In this document: piece after piece, positions 1 to 15,100 of the stretch
How positions within the stretch are numbered: the stretch's first letter is position 1
How the letters are laid out: every line of letters starts with the position of its first letter
NCBI RefSeq assembly: GCF_022045235.1
Contig: NW_027266265.1
Coordinates: forward strand, 34,720,001-34,784,000
Direction: 5' to 3'
Length of the DNA: 64,000 nt
DNA from: Haliotis cracherodii
Lineage: Eukaryota
Program-made: the position numbers and the translations under genes
Notes under the pieces: model-generated
The model's database searches: none
Seen by the model: the letters and a program-made list of their open reading frames with translations, nothing else
What the model was told of the DNA's origin: nothing

Positions 1-191
1 GATGAAAACTCTCTATGGTGTTAACACAATCTGTCTGCACCAACAACTCCACCAAACAGGCACTGGAATTACACTCCGCCATGTGATCAACACCCTGTTA
101 TACAGTCAGTTCCAATAATCTGCTTCTTTGCTGTATTTCCTCTCTGGATGACAAGGGTCACAATGATGAATATGCTTTAAACTGCCAGGTC

Positions 192-3100
192 TCAGATTGT
201 ATCAAATCTGAAACAGATGAAACAGTGTCAAACAAAAAAATACAGATTGTTTTTCCTTAGAAGGCACTTTGGACAAGTACTCAGTAGCCCACACTTCACT
301 TCAAAAATGAAGATGGACAAGCTTTAAAAAACTGTCACTGCTGACTGGTACAAACAATAAAGAAGTTTTTATCCTTAGTTACAAACAATAAAAAAGTTGT
401 CATCCATAGTAACAAACAATAAACACATTGTTTTCCAGTTACGAACAATAAAGAAGTCGTTATCCATAGTTGTAAACAATAAACACATTATCATCCCTAG
501 TTACAAACAATAAAGTCATTATCCATAGTTACAAACAATAAACAAGTTATCCATATAGTTACATGCAGAGTTGCGTCCCTTAGGCACACCAGGAAACTAT
601 GATTGTGGGTTCGAATACGGGTTCACCCTGATTATCTTTATGTTTCTTGGTTTGTCAGCACCTAACGCATACTCATGGTTTTACCCAAGAAGTAAATCAT
701 CTCTAATAACAAGCATACGTTACTGAGAACCAATTCTAACCAGGAATCTCTCTGGGACTCCCCCGACCTGCATTTGTTTTTATCACCTTGGGAATCTGTT
801 ATAATCCGAATGCACCCTACCTCTTCCCTTCCTTGTCCGCAAACTGTTTGATGGACTTCACAGAGGGTGCTCTTCCCAGAAGCTCCAGCACTCGGAGGAA
901 GGCAAAGGCCAGGAACATTGTCAGTCTGTGTTTAACATTCTCCGTGTGGACACGGATGTCGAACACACACCTCTCCCACCATGCCCTTAGGTGCCCGGTA
1001 ATGTTTAGACCTCCTGCCAGCTGCCGAGCTGTTCCTGATATGGCACTACAACAAAATCAAATTTAGGAGCCGTCTTAAAATCTGAGCGAAAATGACATAA
1101 ATAAGGAGGGCATGTTGACAATGTTCACTTCATGCACTAAAATGAGATTAATCAACTGGGAATAGTGATCACATGCAAAGCTGCATCAGTTGCTTTTTTA
1201 ATTAACTGCTTTATGGATCAGCAGCCATAAAAATCAAGAAAGTAGAAAAAAGTATAATACTCAATAATAATAATCAACATGATTAAGATGTTTTTTCTAA
1301 CTGCCAAGTCTGAAAACGCCATTTACTATAAAATATATCAGAAATTGTTTTCATGCCTGTCAAGACAAAAGATTGTCATGATCTTGACATTGAAATTTAA
1401 TCCAATTAATTAATTAAATTTTAAAAAAGAGTTGTTGTTTTTCAATACTGACTGACTAGCCATAAGTTATGAAAATGTCACAAACATTTAAAGTGGTTTT
1501 ATTCTTTTTTTTATAGGTGAGTGAGTTGGGTTTAATGCCGCTTTTACAGTATTCCAGTTATATCACGGCGTGTCAGCTTAATGTGGGAGGAAAGCCCGAA
1601 ATGATGCAGGTCTGAAATGTTTACCACTTTGGTGAAACCCATGAGCACAGGTATGGTGCTGACAAACCTGGAAACATAATTGGGGGGAACCGGGATTCAC
1701 AGGTTTCTGGCGTGCCCAAGGGACGCAACTCTGCACAGTGAATCGCGCCTCCAAAGACGACTGGGCCACCCGTGCCCCCCCTTTTGTTTAGGCATTTTTT
1801 ATGTTCAAAATAAGATCAAGTGATCTGGTTGAAGCACACAACATATATACGATACACATACTTTCCATATCGCTCCTACAACAGTGACTACAGTATACAG
1901 ATCCGTCTGAGTGGCCTACCTGCGAGCCATAATGCCATATCTGTCAACAGGGTGGCCATGTTCCCTAGTGATAGCCCTGATGGTGTTCAGGTTCCTGAAA
2001 ACAAACATTCCGAAATACAGCACTATCCCCATCTGTGCAGCAATCAGCATTGCAATGTTTCACAATAAATACCCAGAAAGGCCCCTGACAAAACTTTCAT
2101 TTTGTTTCATTTTGGAAATGTGGTGTAAAGGTCGATGTTCAGACCAGATAAACCAGTGACTGATACCATGAGCAACATCCCACATTATCAGGGTATGATT
2201 ACCACACAAAAGGTACACAAATATACTCACTGCCAAAAGAAACACGAACCATAGAAACATATTGTTTGTTTCTTCTTTGTTGCTTAACGCTGCACTCAGC
2301 AATATTACAGCTATATGACAGCGTCTGTAAATAATCGAGTCTGGACCAGACAATCCAGTGACTGATATCATGAGCATCAATGTCAACAATGTCATTTTGT
2401 CACACAGTTCTCATTCATCGTGATGTCTGTGTACACTGGCATGAGATAATCAAACAACAATGTCATTTTGTCACACAGTCCTCATTCATCGTCATGTCTG
2501 TGTACACTAGCATGAGATAATCAAACAACAATGTCATTTTGTCGCACACTTCTCATTCATCGTCATGTCTGTGTACACTAGCATGAGATAATCAAACAAC
2601 AATGTCATTTTGTCGCACACTTCTCATTCATCATCATGTCTGTGTACACTAGCATGAGATAATCACAAAACAATGTCAGATTGTCACACAGTTCTCATTC
2701 ATCGTCATGTCTGTGTACACTAGCATGAGATAATCACAAAACAATGTCAGATTGTCACACAGTTCTCATTCATCGTCATGTCTGTGTACACTGGCATGAG
2801 ATAATCAAACAACAATGTCATTTTGTCACACAGTTCTCATTCATCGTCATGTCTGTGTACACTGGCATGAGATAATCAAACAACAATGTCATTTTGTCAC
2901 ACAGTTCTCATTCATCGTCATATCTGTGTATACTGTCATGAGATAATCAAACAACAATGTCATTTTGTCACACAGTCCTCATTCATCATCATATCTGTGT
3001 ACCCTGGCATGAGATAATCAAACAACAATGTCATTTTGTCACACAGTTCTCATTCATCGTCATGTCAGGTGAGTAAAGATTTAGTTCTAACATAATTCTT

Positions 3101-6100
3101 GTGGTGAAAGCTAATTATGTGTTTTCACTGTGTGTCAGTATAAATTATTCATAGTATGTTAAAGAGTAATATCCTGACTGAATGTACACAAACCTAGTCC
3201 AAAACTCATCATCAGGGATACAAGAGCTGTCATCAGCAATTGTAACACAGTTTCAACTCGGACAAGTTTATCAAAACATCAGAGCAGACCAACTAGTGGT
3301 TGAAGGTGTGAGCATCACTATACAAATTCTGAGATTAAATGACACACAAGCAGAGACTAACTAGGTCTTCCATGACACTGGACAGTTACAGTACTTTCCA
3401 TACTATGTACCCATTGTATCCATCTGATCCCCACTGTGTCCATCTGTTCCCCATTGTATCCATCTGATCCCCATTGTATCCATCTGATCCCCATTGTATC
3501 CATCTGATCCCCAATGTGTCCATCTGATCCCCATTGTGTCCATCTGATCCCCAGTGTGTCCATCTGATCCCCATTGTGTCCATCAGATCCCTATTGTATC
3601 CATCTGATCCCCATTATGTCTGAATCATATTGTGGCCATTGGATCCCCATTGTGGCTCAATCATATTGGGTCATCTGATCTTCATTACGTCTGAATCACA
3701 GTGTGTCCATTTGATGCCCATTGTGTCTGAATGATCTGACGTCCATCTGATCTCCATTGTGTCCATCTGATCCCCATTGTGTCCATCTGATCTTCATTAT
3801 GTCTGAATCATATTGTGTCCATTTGATGCCCATTGTGTCTGAATGATATGAAGTCCATCTGATCTCCATTGTGTCCATCTGATCTCCATTGTGTCTATTG
3901 GATCCCGTAGAATTCATCTGCTCCCCATTGTGTCCACTGGATCGCTATCCGATCATCAGTGTATCCATCTGAACCCAATTGTGTCCATTGTATCCCATAT
4001 TGTGTTCACATAAAACCAATTGTGTCCATCTGATTCCCATTTCATCTTCCAACGATCATGGACTACTGCAATCTATATTTACTGGTGTGGTTCATTGCTG
4101 CAGACCCTATGACTGCGGAATATGTGTGTCTGTACTTCAAGGTTGCAGATGAGGCAAGAAAATACTGAAGCTTGAGAAGTGTAATACCCAGAAACAAACC
4201 AGAACCATGAATATCAAGCACCAACTCCAAATTCAAAATTGTTTCACCTTTTTCATGATACAACCAGCAAACGGCATTTCCTCATCACATCAACAGCTGT
4301 GCAAAGCATGAACAATTTCTCAACCAGTAAATAGTAACAAAACATCACATTTCCCCTGGGACGTGTGCACAAACATTCATGAAGAAATATTTACGTGGAT
4401 GTGTATATTTCAACTTTCAAAATTAAACCTTTGTGTATGTATTCAAAAACAACACATGTAAAATGCCCCCACAACCACAATGGCTTTAAAGACTGCTTAT
4501 TTAATCCTTAACACACAAACAATTGTTACAAACGATACAAAATCGGTGACATCATTCAGATAGATAATGCAAACCCTGCCCACTATTACCAACCAATCAG
4601 GAAACAGTAAGCTTCTAGTGGCATGGCCTACTATTTAAAGCTTTAGGGAAACAAACACACACAAAATATTGCTTGGTTAATTCACAGAGTCACTTACAAT
4701 TGTTTTATTCCTGCAAAAATAGACAAACCACTTACTGTTTGAGGATACCCACCTGATGAAGCAACAACACACTCTGCAGCATATATTCAACAAGCATTTG
4801 TACACCCACCTTATGACTAACAACAGACTTCGTGGCATACATTTCAGCACAGCCATAATTTTGTCAAAGTGTTGGCCTGCCATCACTCGCATATGTTCCA
4901 AGTCTTTTTCTGTCATTCGACTCGGCAAGTAAAGCGTCTTGCGTGCTATCGGGCGTTGTACCAGAATCTCACAGAAGACACGATGGTCTAAGGAAACAAA
5001 TGTCACCAAGAGATGAGAGAGACGGATACATCAACAGCAGCTTCCTCGAATGAAGAACAAGCCTTTCCACCTACATTTTCGGCCTACTTTTTTTGGCTTT
5101 TACTAACATCACTGACGGACTAAAACATCCTTTCAAAGTGGCCGTAATACAAGAGATAGCGGTGTAGGATTCATTATGCAAGTAATAACAGGTCAGCCTT
5201 TGTTTGCATGCAACCTTATTGATGTTTTAGTACAGGCATTAAACTGCATTAATCTCTCAAGTAGTTAAAGTGTTTAGTTCAAGTTGTTGGAAATAGATAT
5301 GGTTAATATGGTTTCTGTTAGCAAATGAGGGTGAGAGAAAGTACAAATCTCCGCAATATTCCCTCAGGACTAACACGTAACTCTAACATTAAAGAATCTA
5401 GCTAACACAGGACTATCCTTAAACCAAAATGCCAAAAGCAAATCTTGTCTAGTTTTCATGACATACACAAATGATCACAAATGCATTTATGTATGCAAGT
5501 ATTTACTATCTCAGCTGTGTCTACTACTGTCTCACAAAGATGTTTTCACCAGTCAACAGCGTTATGGCTAGCATGCAATAAGGGAACTTCCTTTGCAGAT
5601 TTTTGTTCATCTCAGGGCAATCATGAAATAATATTTTCCAGGTTCTGCAATTAAGGATTTCTCTTTGGAATTAAAACTCTTATGCCCTAACATATTAATA
5701 GTCAGCAGACCTGTGAAGTTCAGTAAGTCTTACATATTTCTGGATATGAACATAATGAACAAGATTAATGCCAGTGTCATTTCTTATTACAACTACCTAC
5801 CCTTAACGCATTTCTCAGACTAATTAGATATTGAATATTCATCATGATTACTAACCTAACTTATCACGCAAATGTCGTTCAATAACAGACAAGGAATGCC
5901 ACCATGGGCCTAACATTGCTTGTCCTTGAGGAGACTCTCAGACAAACTCAGCTCACGACCTTCACAATCATTAAAACAAATGTTCATTCCAAAGCAGGCA
6001 CTTGCAGCAATTAAAGAAGATTAAAGAATAGATCTATTCCAGTCCTTACACCATGCTGAGCAATCATGTTTGGGTTTAAAATAATAAAATATCTAATGCA

Positions 6101-9100
6101 ACATAGCTAACGGGCGCACAGCTAGCGTTTCCTTTCTCATATGTCCTGTAGAAAGATGGCATCCCTTTGGAGTTATAACACATACAGTGTATATTCTTTC
6201 TACTAGTCTTAACTCTGTAAATGGATCACAAACAAATAACCACAGATTAATACTTATGTCAAACGACAGGTAGGGATTTTAGTTCAGCAAATCTGTATGA
6301 TGGATTATTGTCTAGGTGGTTTTGCTTTCATTGGGGCAGTTTTACCAATCTCATTTATCTTAATAAGTCCCCCAGGTAAAACACAACATCATAACATGCG
6401 GACACTATACAACCAGGCCATGTGTGACATGATTACAGGACATAGACGACCGGTCGTAATAACCAGCAGATATAAAACCACCACAAACACTGAGCAAGAG
6501 GAGTGGATAAAGATATGCAAATGCGCAAAAGCTGAGCAATTTTTCAAATTTACAATCAAATTTTGGTAAGCGCTACATCTTTACACTAAAACAAGAAAAG
6601 CATTTTCAAGACTGCCTCCTGTAAGCAATGCCAACCTATGTCCCCCAAGGACTGCCATGAGATACATGCAGGATAGAAGATATCATTTCCAGAGTACATC
6701 AATAATAACTGGCATACCATCCTACTGAATCACATTTATGCATCCCAACACAGCCATAAGCATGCTTACAAAGCAGTTGATATCACAATATTCAGAGTCG
6801 AGAGAGTGCAAACGTGAAACTGCTCAGGAAAGAGTGAGAGAAATGACACAATCAAAAGAGAGAAATTGTTACGACAAATACGTAATAACACCAACCACTG
6901 AAGATATAGAGTGAAGGAAGCCACTCATCAACTAAAACGGAGATTTCCTACCTAAATATCAAAAGAAGACCCTTAGGCATATCTTTCATGACCTGCAAAA
7001 CACGATCATGAATGACTAAGAATTCCTTCTTGAGTTGATCTTGTAACTCTTTGGACATGTTTCTCCACTCTTGACGCGAGAAGGGTTTGGTGCGGAGCAA
7101 AGGCTTGTTCTTCACTCTAACTGGCCGCTGTACAAGCATTATGGCAAATATGTGGAAATCTGAGGAGTAGCAAGGCATTGCAATATTAATGACAGTATCA
7201 AATCTTAATAACAACCTTGTTCCGGTACATTTCTTTATCACCATAGTTACATAACTTCTACTATGTGAGTGAGTATGGTTTTACACCGCTTTTAGCCATA
7301 TTCCAGCAACATCACGGTGGGGGACACCAGAAATGGGCTTCACACATTCTACCCATGTTGGGAATCAAACCAGGGTCTTCGGTGTGGCAATTGAGTGCTT
7401 TAACCACTAGGCTACCCCACCACACTTCTACTAAGTAAAACTACAATTATTTTTTTTTGTCAAATGCCGCACCCCGCAATATCTCAGCCATATGATGACG
7501 GCCTGTAAATAACTGGACAGTCCAGTTGTTGCTTTGTTTTAGCATGCGATCATTACAGGGTGAGAACACTGTTCATTGACTCCAACTATTCAAATAAATT
7601 GGACATATACTTCAAGACAATGTGCAAAATTCTGAACTTAGAAAGGGATATTAAAAGAGATTATGGACCATGCTTCTTTACCAAGATGTATTTAGGGATG
7701 CACGTTATCAAGAGAGCAGGAAAAAAGCATTAGACAGACATATGAGCAGATATCACTTTGTATGGTTTGTTTGTTACAGCTCTGTCACCATGGGCAGATC
7801 AAATTTACACTGTTGAGGAATAGCCAGACTAATTGGAAACCTGTGGGTTATTTCAAGTTTGCACCCGGCCTTTAAAAGTACTCATGAAAAAACATCCATT
7901 TCTACTTAGACAAGACACACCAATAGTAACTGCTGTAATATACTGGTCAAAGTACTCCCTTCTCCTCACCTTCAACACCTAGATTCTGGGAGTATGTTTC
8001 CATGTCTTGTTCGTTCTTCATCACAATGGCTTTATACAGATGGCACAGGGACTCCCTGTGAGAGGGACTGAGGGAGTCGTATAGGCCATGATCTAATAGC
8101 ACCAACTCGGCACCGCCTTGTTTAGACCGCCGCACAAACACGTTTCCAGGGTGTGGGTCAGCATGGACAAAACCGGACAGGAAAATCTGGTCCGAGAAAC
8201 ATTTGACTAGCTTGGTATCTATCTGGAAAACAACATATATGGTCAGTATTGTTGGTAATAAAATGATTGAGTGAGTGAGTATAGATTTATGCCACCTGTT
8301 CATTTGCATGACAAGCGAACACTTTAATCACTTGACTACCCCACTGCCCCAGTCATAAAATGAACTGTGGATATATAATCATTGCCATATGTGTCAAGTC
8401 TTTGTTACTAAAATCAATTTTGTTATCTTGAAAAGCATTCATAATAGACCCCAATAGCCTGTTTGCCAACAACTGGTTCCAACCCTTCATATTGCAACTA
8501 ATAACGCCATTTGTGTGATCAAAAATACTTCACAATTTATGAATATGTTTTGTTCCTCCATCACTTTTGAAAATACATGGACTGTATGTTTTAGTAGTGA
8601 CACATGTCTAATTTCAGTACGCTAATGAAATGAGGTTGTATATAACTAGGAGTGTAACAATATATCAAACTATCAATTTATTGCAATTGTTTGCCCAACG
8701 TTTGTATTACTCAATAGGAATTTATAAAAGTTCATGATATCATTGATAGTCTGCATAAGAGTCGATAGTTTCAAAATTTGCAATTAAAACACTAATTATG
8801 CATCAGAATACTTCAGTTTAGAGTTATTTCCCATTGGTTTGCTAATCGACAGGGAGAGAAAAGGCCTAAAGTGTCAATATTACTTTGATTTCTATTACAT
8901 TGATAATCAACCACTAAAGTTGGTTTAATACTATCGCAAAACTATTGCAATAGTGTGGGGTTCTATTGCAATATAATTGCAATAGTAAAAAAAGCCCAAT
9001 AGTTACCCCTATTAATAACTCATTGAAGTACAAATGAACCCACTAACCTACCATCCTGAGCCATTAAAACAATGTGTAGAGAAGACTGCCACAAGGCTAG

Positions 9101-12100
9101 GGCACATGTTGCACACGATGTCAAGCGAGAAACCTTGCCATTTGTCTAACGTCAGCTGGGCACCCATTGATCTGAACAAAAGCAAGCTGGCCTCTTGTTG
9201 TCACCAGGAACCCATTCCACAAAGCGATAATAGCGTTAAGATGATCGTAACTCATATACCTTAACATAAACTTACAACAATCGTAGTGCTAAGATCACTT
9301 TGTGGAAAGGAGCCCAGGCCTTCGCTAGATTGGTTGGTTAATACAGCGACTACACATCATAGCCGACACATTTATTCACAGGTGAAGAGAAAACAACATA
9401 CCATTCAGTACTGACAATGTATGACTTTAAGCTGACATCGCTTCGATTCAGATTATAATAATATTAATATTTAGCAAGGAATAGCCAGGAATACAAAGAA
9501 GGAGATTCAAAAACTCTACCAAACCTAAGTCATTGGCGTGACAACATAACACATGATCCACTAGGCAACTCAACAATCCCAACATTTCATCACAAAGCTA
9601 TGTGACACAAAGCTTTGTGTCAGGAACAAAATAGAGAATGTGAGTTGAGTTTAACGCCAATTTGAACAGTATTAAAGTTATATCAAGCAAAGAAATCCTG
9701 AAGGGACATAGGTCCTGGAAGTTAGTACTCTGATGAAACCCACCAGCTGTGTGCCGATCTGAATCTATGACCAGCACAGCCAATTTGGGTAAGTTAGTCC
9801 AATGAACAATTCAGGGAATGTCAGTATGGTCAAATGTTCTACTCCCATACAATACCTGTGTGCACGAACATCTGACAACACTGAAGGTTGCGTCAGGTGA
9901 ATTTTTTAATTAGTGTCAAGAATTTTAAATTATCAGTACAACTGAACAAATTATTCAGACAAGCATATCTGTTATCCGTATCTCGAAAATGAACATAATC
10001 AAGAAAATCCAAATGTGAAAATATGCTATTATTTCATTGTTGTAGATATTTTATATCCTGTCATTTTCTATGTCACTCACTGACTGTTTCAAGTCCGTCT
10101 ATGGACGTGTCATCAGACCTTGATGCAAACAAGTACTGTAACGGAGAACAAGAAGAATTGTTTAAACAAACTGTTTATTTACATCTTTCAGTGACAGACC
10201 CAAGTTCTTGATGCCAGCAATGTTGCTGATCTTGCAGCCATCAATGTATTCCGCTGTGAGCACCCGCTAAAAGTAACATAACATATGCATGTTATAGTCA
10301 ACATAGGCAAAGAGCACTTGACATAGAGATACTGTCAATAAAAGTAAGAACCGAGAAACAAACACTTTAAAAAATACTTTCATTTTGACAATGTCTTATT
10401 ATTTCAACTATGTCATTAGTACAATAAGCATATTAGGTTTTCAACTATGAAACTTCCTTCCATGATTTTGAAACCCAGGGCTACAGAAGCTCGTCTTTAT
10501 TAACTGATATAAAAATGAGTGAGTTGAGTTTAACACCGCTTTGTAACATTATTCCAATTATATCATGGCGTGTCAGCTTAATGTGGGAGGAAAGCCCGAA
10601 GTGATGCAGGTCTCAGACGTTTTACCACTTCAGTGAAACCCACGAGCATGGGTATGGTGCTGACAAACCTTGAAACATAATTTGGGCGAACCAGAATTCA
10701 AACCCACAATCATAGTTCTCTTTCAGATTAAATCCTCCTTGGGGCACTTATTGCATTTTCCTGGTTCAAGAAAATCTACATGACATAGTTGTAACCATTT
10801 TCCTTAATAAAATGTTACCACACAAAAAACTTCGTTTTTGTATGATATACGACCACCCTTACGGTGCCTCACCCTCTACGGCGCGTCACGCCAAGGGAAG
10901 CAACTCTCACCCAAATCACTTTCCTTTATGTCATTCGACTGACAAGACGTGTGACCATTCTGAGAAAAGTTTCAAAGTACGAAATCGTGACCTGAGACAG
11001 CATGACTGACCAAACTGTATGTATGGTACATTTATTACCTTGCAAAGGCGTAATACCTCGCATTGTAAAGTTATAAGGTTGTAATTCTCATAGAAGAAAC
11101 GCCACGTGTACGGTGCATAAGAATTCAAATGTCCGTAATGGCGTCCATTGTGCGGTTTCACTGTCTGACACATGTAACCCCAAGGCCAACAAAATGGCTT
11201 GGGGTTTTGTTATATCATACAGTTTTCAACTGCACGTTTTTTCCTTTATAAAACCCAAGGTGATGTACTAGATTATAACTATACTTACCTTTTTTAAGGG
11301 TTTTTTACACCTTAGAGCGTAATACGCCCACTTGGTGTTTTTTTTTTTTTTTTTTAAAAAAACAAAACAAATTTTACTACGGACAATGGCTATTAGTATC
11401 GCGCTACAGTCGCATTATACATTACGCCTTTGCTTCTGTTTTCACAATTGTTAAAAGCACGTATCTTCCGATCTTTATCGCACTGATACACTTTTCCCGC
11501 CCAACCCAACAAGATTTACGGTCTTTTTACAGACCTTCAAACTTTGTACGGGATGCGGGATTAACGTCCCACCCCAAGACCAACATGCATTTTGCCTAAA
11601 GTGCTTGGTGGAGAACGGACACGATGATCAATCATGCCCCACATGCAAGGCTTTTACGCCCAAGACGATGAAAAGGCGGCATGCCGATCTCCTACACTAT
11701 AAAAGCCTACTCGAGGCGGGGGTGGACATTCACTCGAAAAAGGCCATTCCCCCCCCGTCTAAAAAGGGTAAAAATAAACCTAAGGCTAATAAGCCTTCCG
11801 CTACGGTCTCCTCCGCTCCCTCTTCGAGGGCCGGGGGTGAAGGCTCTAGGGTTCCCGAGGTCCCCTTAACTGCACCCTCTTCTGCACCGTCTTTAGCAGA
11901 TATATCTGCTTTGTTTAAGTCGCAGATGGCGTCGATGATGGAGGAGGTCAAGTCTCAGCTCCGAGAGGAGATGCGGGCGGGGCCTTCCTCGTCGTCGGCG
12001 CCGGGCGCGGTTTCGAGGTCTTGTGGAATGCCCGGCGTCGGCCGAGGCAGGCCACTCGACCTCGGGGACGACCCGAGACCGGGCTTCGGCTCCGGCTCGA

Positions 12101-15100
12101 GGTCGCTCCCCAGTGAAGGGGTGGCGAGCGCTGGCTCGTTCACTACCTCCGCACCTTTATTCCTAGCGGGGTCAGACGCCTTCTCCGAGGCCGAGGCTCC
12201 AGCTAGCGGATTTATGGCCCAGAGCCAGGTGGGTTCTCTTGAACCCCCGGCACCTCGGGACCGGGACTCGGCTTCGGGCCGGGGGCAGCCCGGGGATGCG
12301 AAGACCCAGGCCTTCGGGTGTCCTTTTCCTGCCTCGTCCGCTCACTCTCTTGAGGACGAGTCGACTACGGTCGGCTCGGAATCGAGAGAGGAGGAGTGGA
12401 TGGAGGAGGGAGGGGATGACTCGGAGGCTTCGGGAATTTTTTCCATCGCATCCTCGTTGAGGCACGTACGGGACAAGATTGTCCAGGTACTGCCTCAGGT
12501 GGCTGCGCCTATGCCCGAGTCGGATCCAACTGAGTTCCGCCTTCCGGGGGACGCCTTCGCTCCTAGCAAGGCGCCCCAGGTGCGGCTCCGTATCTTGTCC
12601 TCCCTGACACACGAGGTCATCGACCCTCTGCTCTCGGGTGCCCGCAGGAAGTTCGACCTGCCCGAACTTAATAAGCGGTACCCGTTGGCAGAGGACGGTG
12701 ATTTTGAGGTGCCAGTGGTCGACGAGTGCGTTTGGACTTCTGTCACCCTGGGGGGGTCTTCGACCCCCGCCTTGGCTAAGGCCAAGCAGGGCCGGCGATT
12801 GCCCCCCTTTCCCATGTGCGGCGCGGAGTTGAAGGCGGCTTACGTTTGCTTTGAGGAGCAATACCGTAATGCAGGCCAACAGCTTCGCATAGCCGTACAC
12901 TCTGCTTATCTGTCGGCTGTACAGAGAGAGCTAGTGGGAGAGGGGCCGGCCGACTCTTCGGAGTTGGCGGTGCAACTGACGGAGGTCCACAGTCATCTCG
13001 CGCGGGACGCTATTCGTAGCTGTGCTTCGCAGATGATGTGCGCAGTTATGGGCATGCGCAGGCTGTGGATGTCAGTATCCAAGTACTCGACGTCCACACG
13101 CCAGGATCTCCTAGCTTTGCCTTATAAGATGGGTTCTACCCTCTTCCCTGGGGCTCAGCAGGTAGTCCGAGAGGCCGCTCAAATGTATGCCTCCATCAAG
13201 GACTCTAAGGCCTTGTTGGAAATACCTAGCGTTAAACCGCGTAAGCGGGCCTCTCCGCTTGAATCCTCCCACGCTGACGCGCCGGCTCAGAAGTCCGCAC
13301 CTACTTGGAAGCAGCCGCTTCCTACAGGTAAGGGCGCCGGGAGGAGCAAGCGAGGCAGGGGCCGGGGCAAGGCAGCTGGTCGAGGCCAGCAGCCTTTTCG
13401 CGGGGCCGGGAACCCATCGGGTTCCCATTAGCGCCCGAAGCGCCCCGGTTATCGAACTGCTGACAGCCGGGGTCCACTGCCTCAAACCGGATGTCCCCGT
13501 AGGCGGCCGACTGGCTCTATTCCTGAGGGAATGGGAGACAGTCACCTCAAATCCCTGGACCCTGTCCACTCTAAGGGATGGCCACTTGCCTCGGTGGAAA
13601 CATCATCCGCCCCCCTTCTCCGGGATAAAGCACACTCCGGTGCCTGCTACCCGAGAGAAGGCGGAATTCCTCCGTGCCGAGGTCAACGCACTTCTTATGA
13701 AGGCGGCGATCGAATCGGTTCCCGTGGGACAGGAAAGCGAGGGCTTCTACTCGACTTATTTCCTAGTCACCAAAAAAGACGGAGGGTTCAGACCTATTCT
13801 CAATCTGAGAAGGTTGAACAATCATATAGAGGTACCGTCCTTCCGGATGGAGACACTGTGCTCAGTGATCTCCGCGGTCGAGACAGGAGAATGGCTAACG
13901 TCAATAGACCTAAAAGACGCCTATCTCCACGTACCCATACACCCCGAGTTCAAGAAATACCTCAGGTTTTCTTTCGACGGGAGGTGTTATCAGTTCAGGG
14001 TTCTACCATTCGGGATCGCCACGGCCCCGAGGGTGTTCACCAAGCTGATGTTGATTCCGGCCCAAATAGCCAGGTCGAAAGGTCGGCTCTGCCACCCATA
14101 CCTCGACGACTGGTTACTAAGAGCTCTATCGCAATCCCTGAGTCAGATAGCTACACAACAAGTGATAGATATTCTGATCACTCTAGGGTGGATAGTCAAT
14201 CTCAAGAAGTCAGACCTGAGACCTACTCAGAATCTAGTCTTCCTAGGGGCGAATTTCAACACGGTGAGCGGTCTTGTATCACTGTCACAAGATCGCATTA
14301 CCAAGGTCAGAAGCGTTACTACCCAGTTCCTTCTGTCCGCAAGTCACACTGCTCGTACATGGCTCCAGTTACTGGGCAACATGACGGCGACAGTGGATGT
14401 GGTTTGGCGGGCGCGCCTGAGAATGAGACCCATTCAACAAGCGCTCCGTCGACTTTGGGTGAACTCGGAAAATCTCGAGACTGTTCTCGAGACCCCGCAG
14501 TGGCTCATTACACACCTTCAGTGGTGGACCGAGGTCGGGAATCTGTCCCGGGGGCTCCCCCTCGACACTCCCGTTCCGTCTCTCACAGTTCAAACAGACG
14601 CGTCACTCTCCGGCTGGGGAGGCGTTCTGAACGATCACACTGCCTCGGGACTATGGTCCCAGCAGGAGATCAAATTGCATATCAATGTGCTAGAACTGAG
14701 AGCGGTCAGGTTGGTGTTCCAACGCTTCCTGGATCTGCTTCGTGGCCAAGTGGTTCGTCTAGAGATGGACAACCAAACGGCGATGACTTACATCCGGAAG
14801 CAGGGGGGAACGGTGTCTCCGTCGCTTCTCCAAGAGACGTGGCAGTTCCTCCTATGGTGCGACTCACACGATATCAGGGTGCTACCTGTTTATCTCCCGG
14901 GGGTAGACAACGTCCGTGCGGACGCTCTGTCTCGCCGGATCCTCGCTCCTCACGAGTGGAGGCTCGACCCGGGGATATTCGGGATTATCTCCCAATTATA
15001 CGGGTCGTTCCAGGTGGATCTGTTTGCGTCTGGGGTGAACCACCAGACACCAACGTTCTGCTCCCGAGTCCCCGACCCGAGGTCGGTGGCACCGGACGCC

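Noticed and set aside
2387-3066. CRISPR-like regular repeat
   Set aside because: Head-to-tail units without unique spacers, no cas genes, eukaryotic intron
3357-3917. Repetitive peptides (MDTMGIRW...)
   Set aside because: Translation of a 20-bp minisatellite
11730-13569. Antisense ORFs within DIRS gag (242, 152 aa)
   Set aside because: Expected shadow frames in GC-rich coding DNA; no motifs
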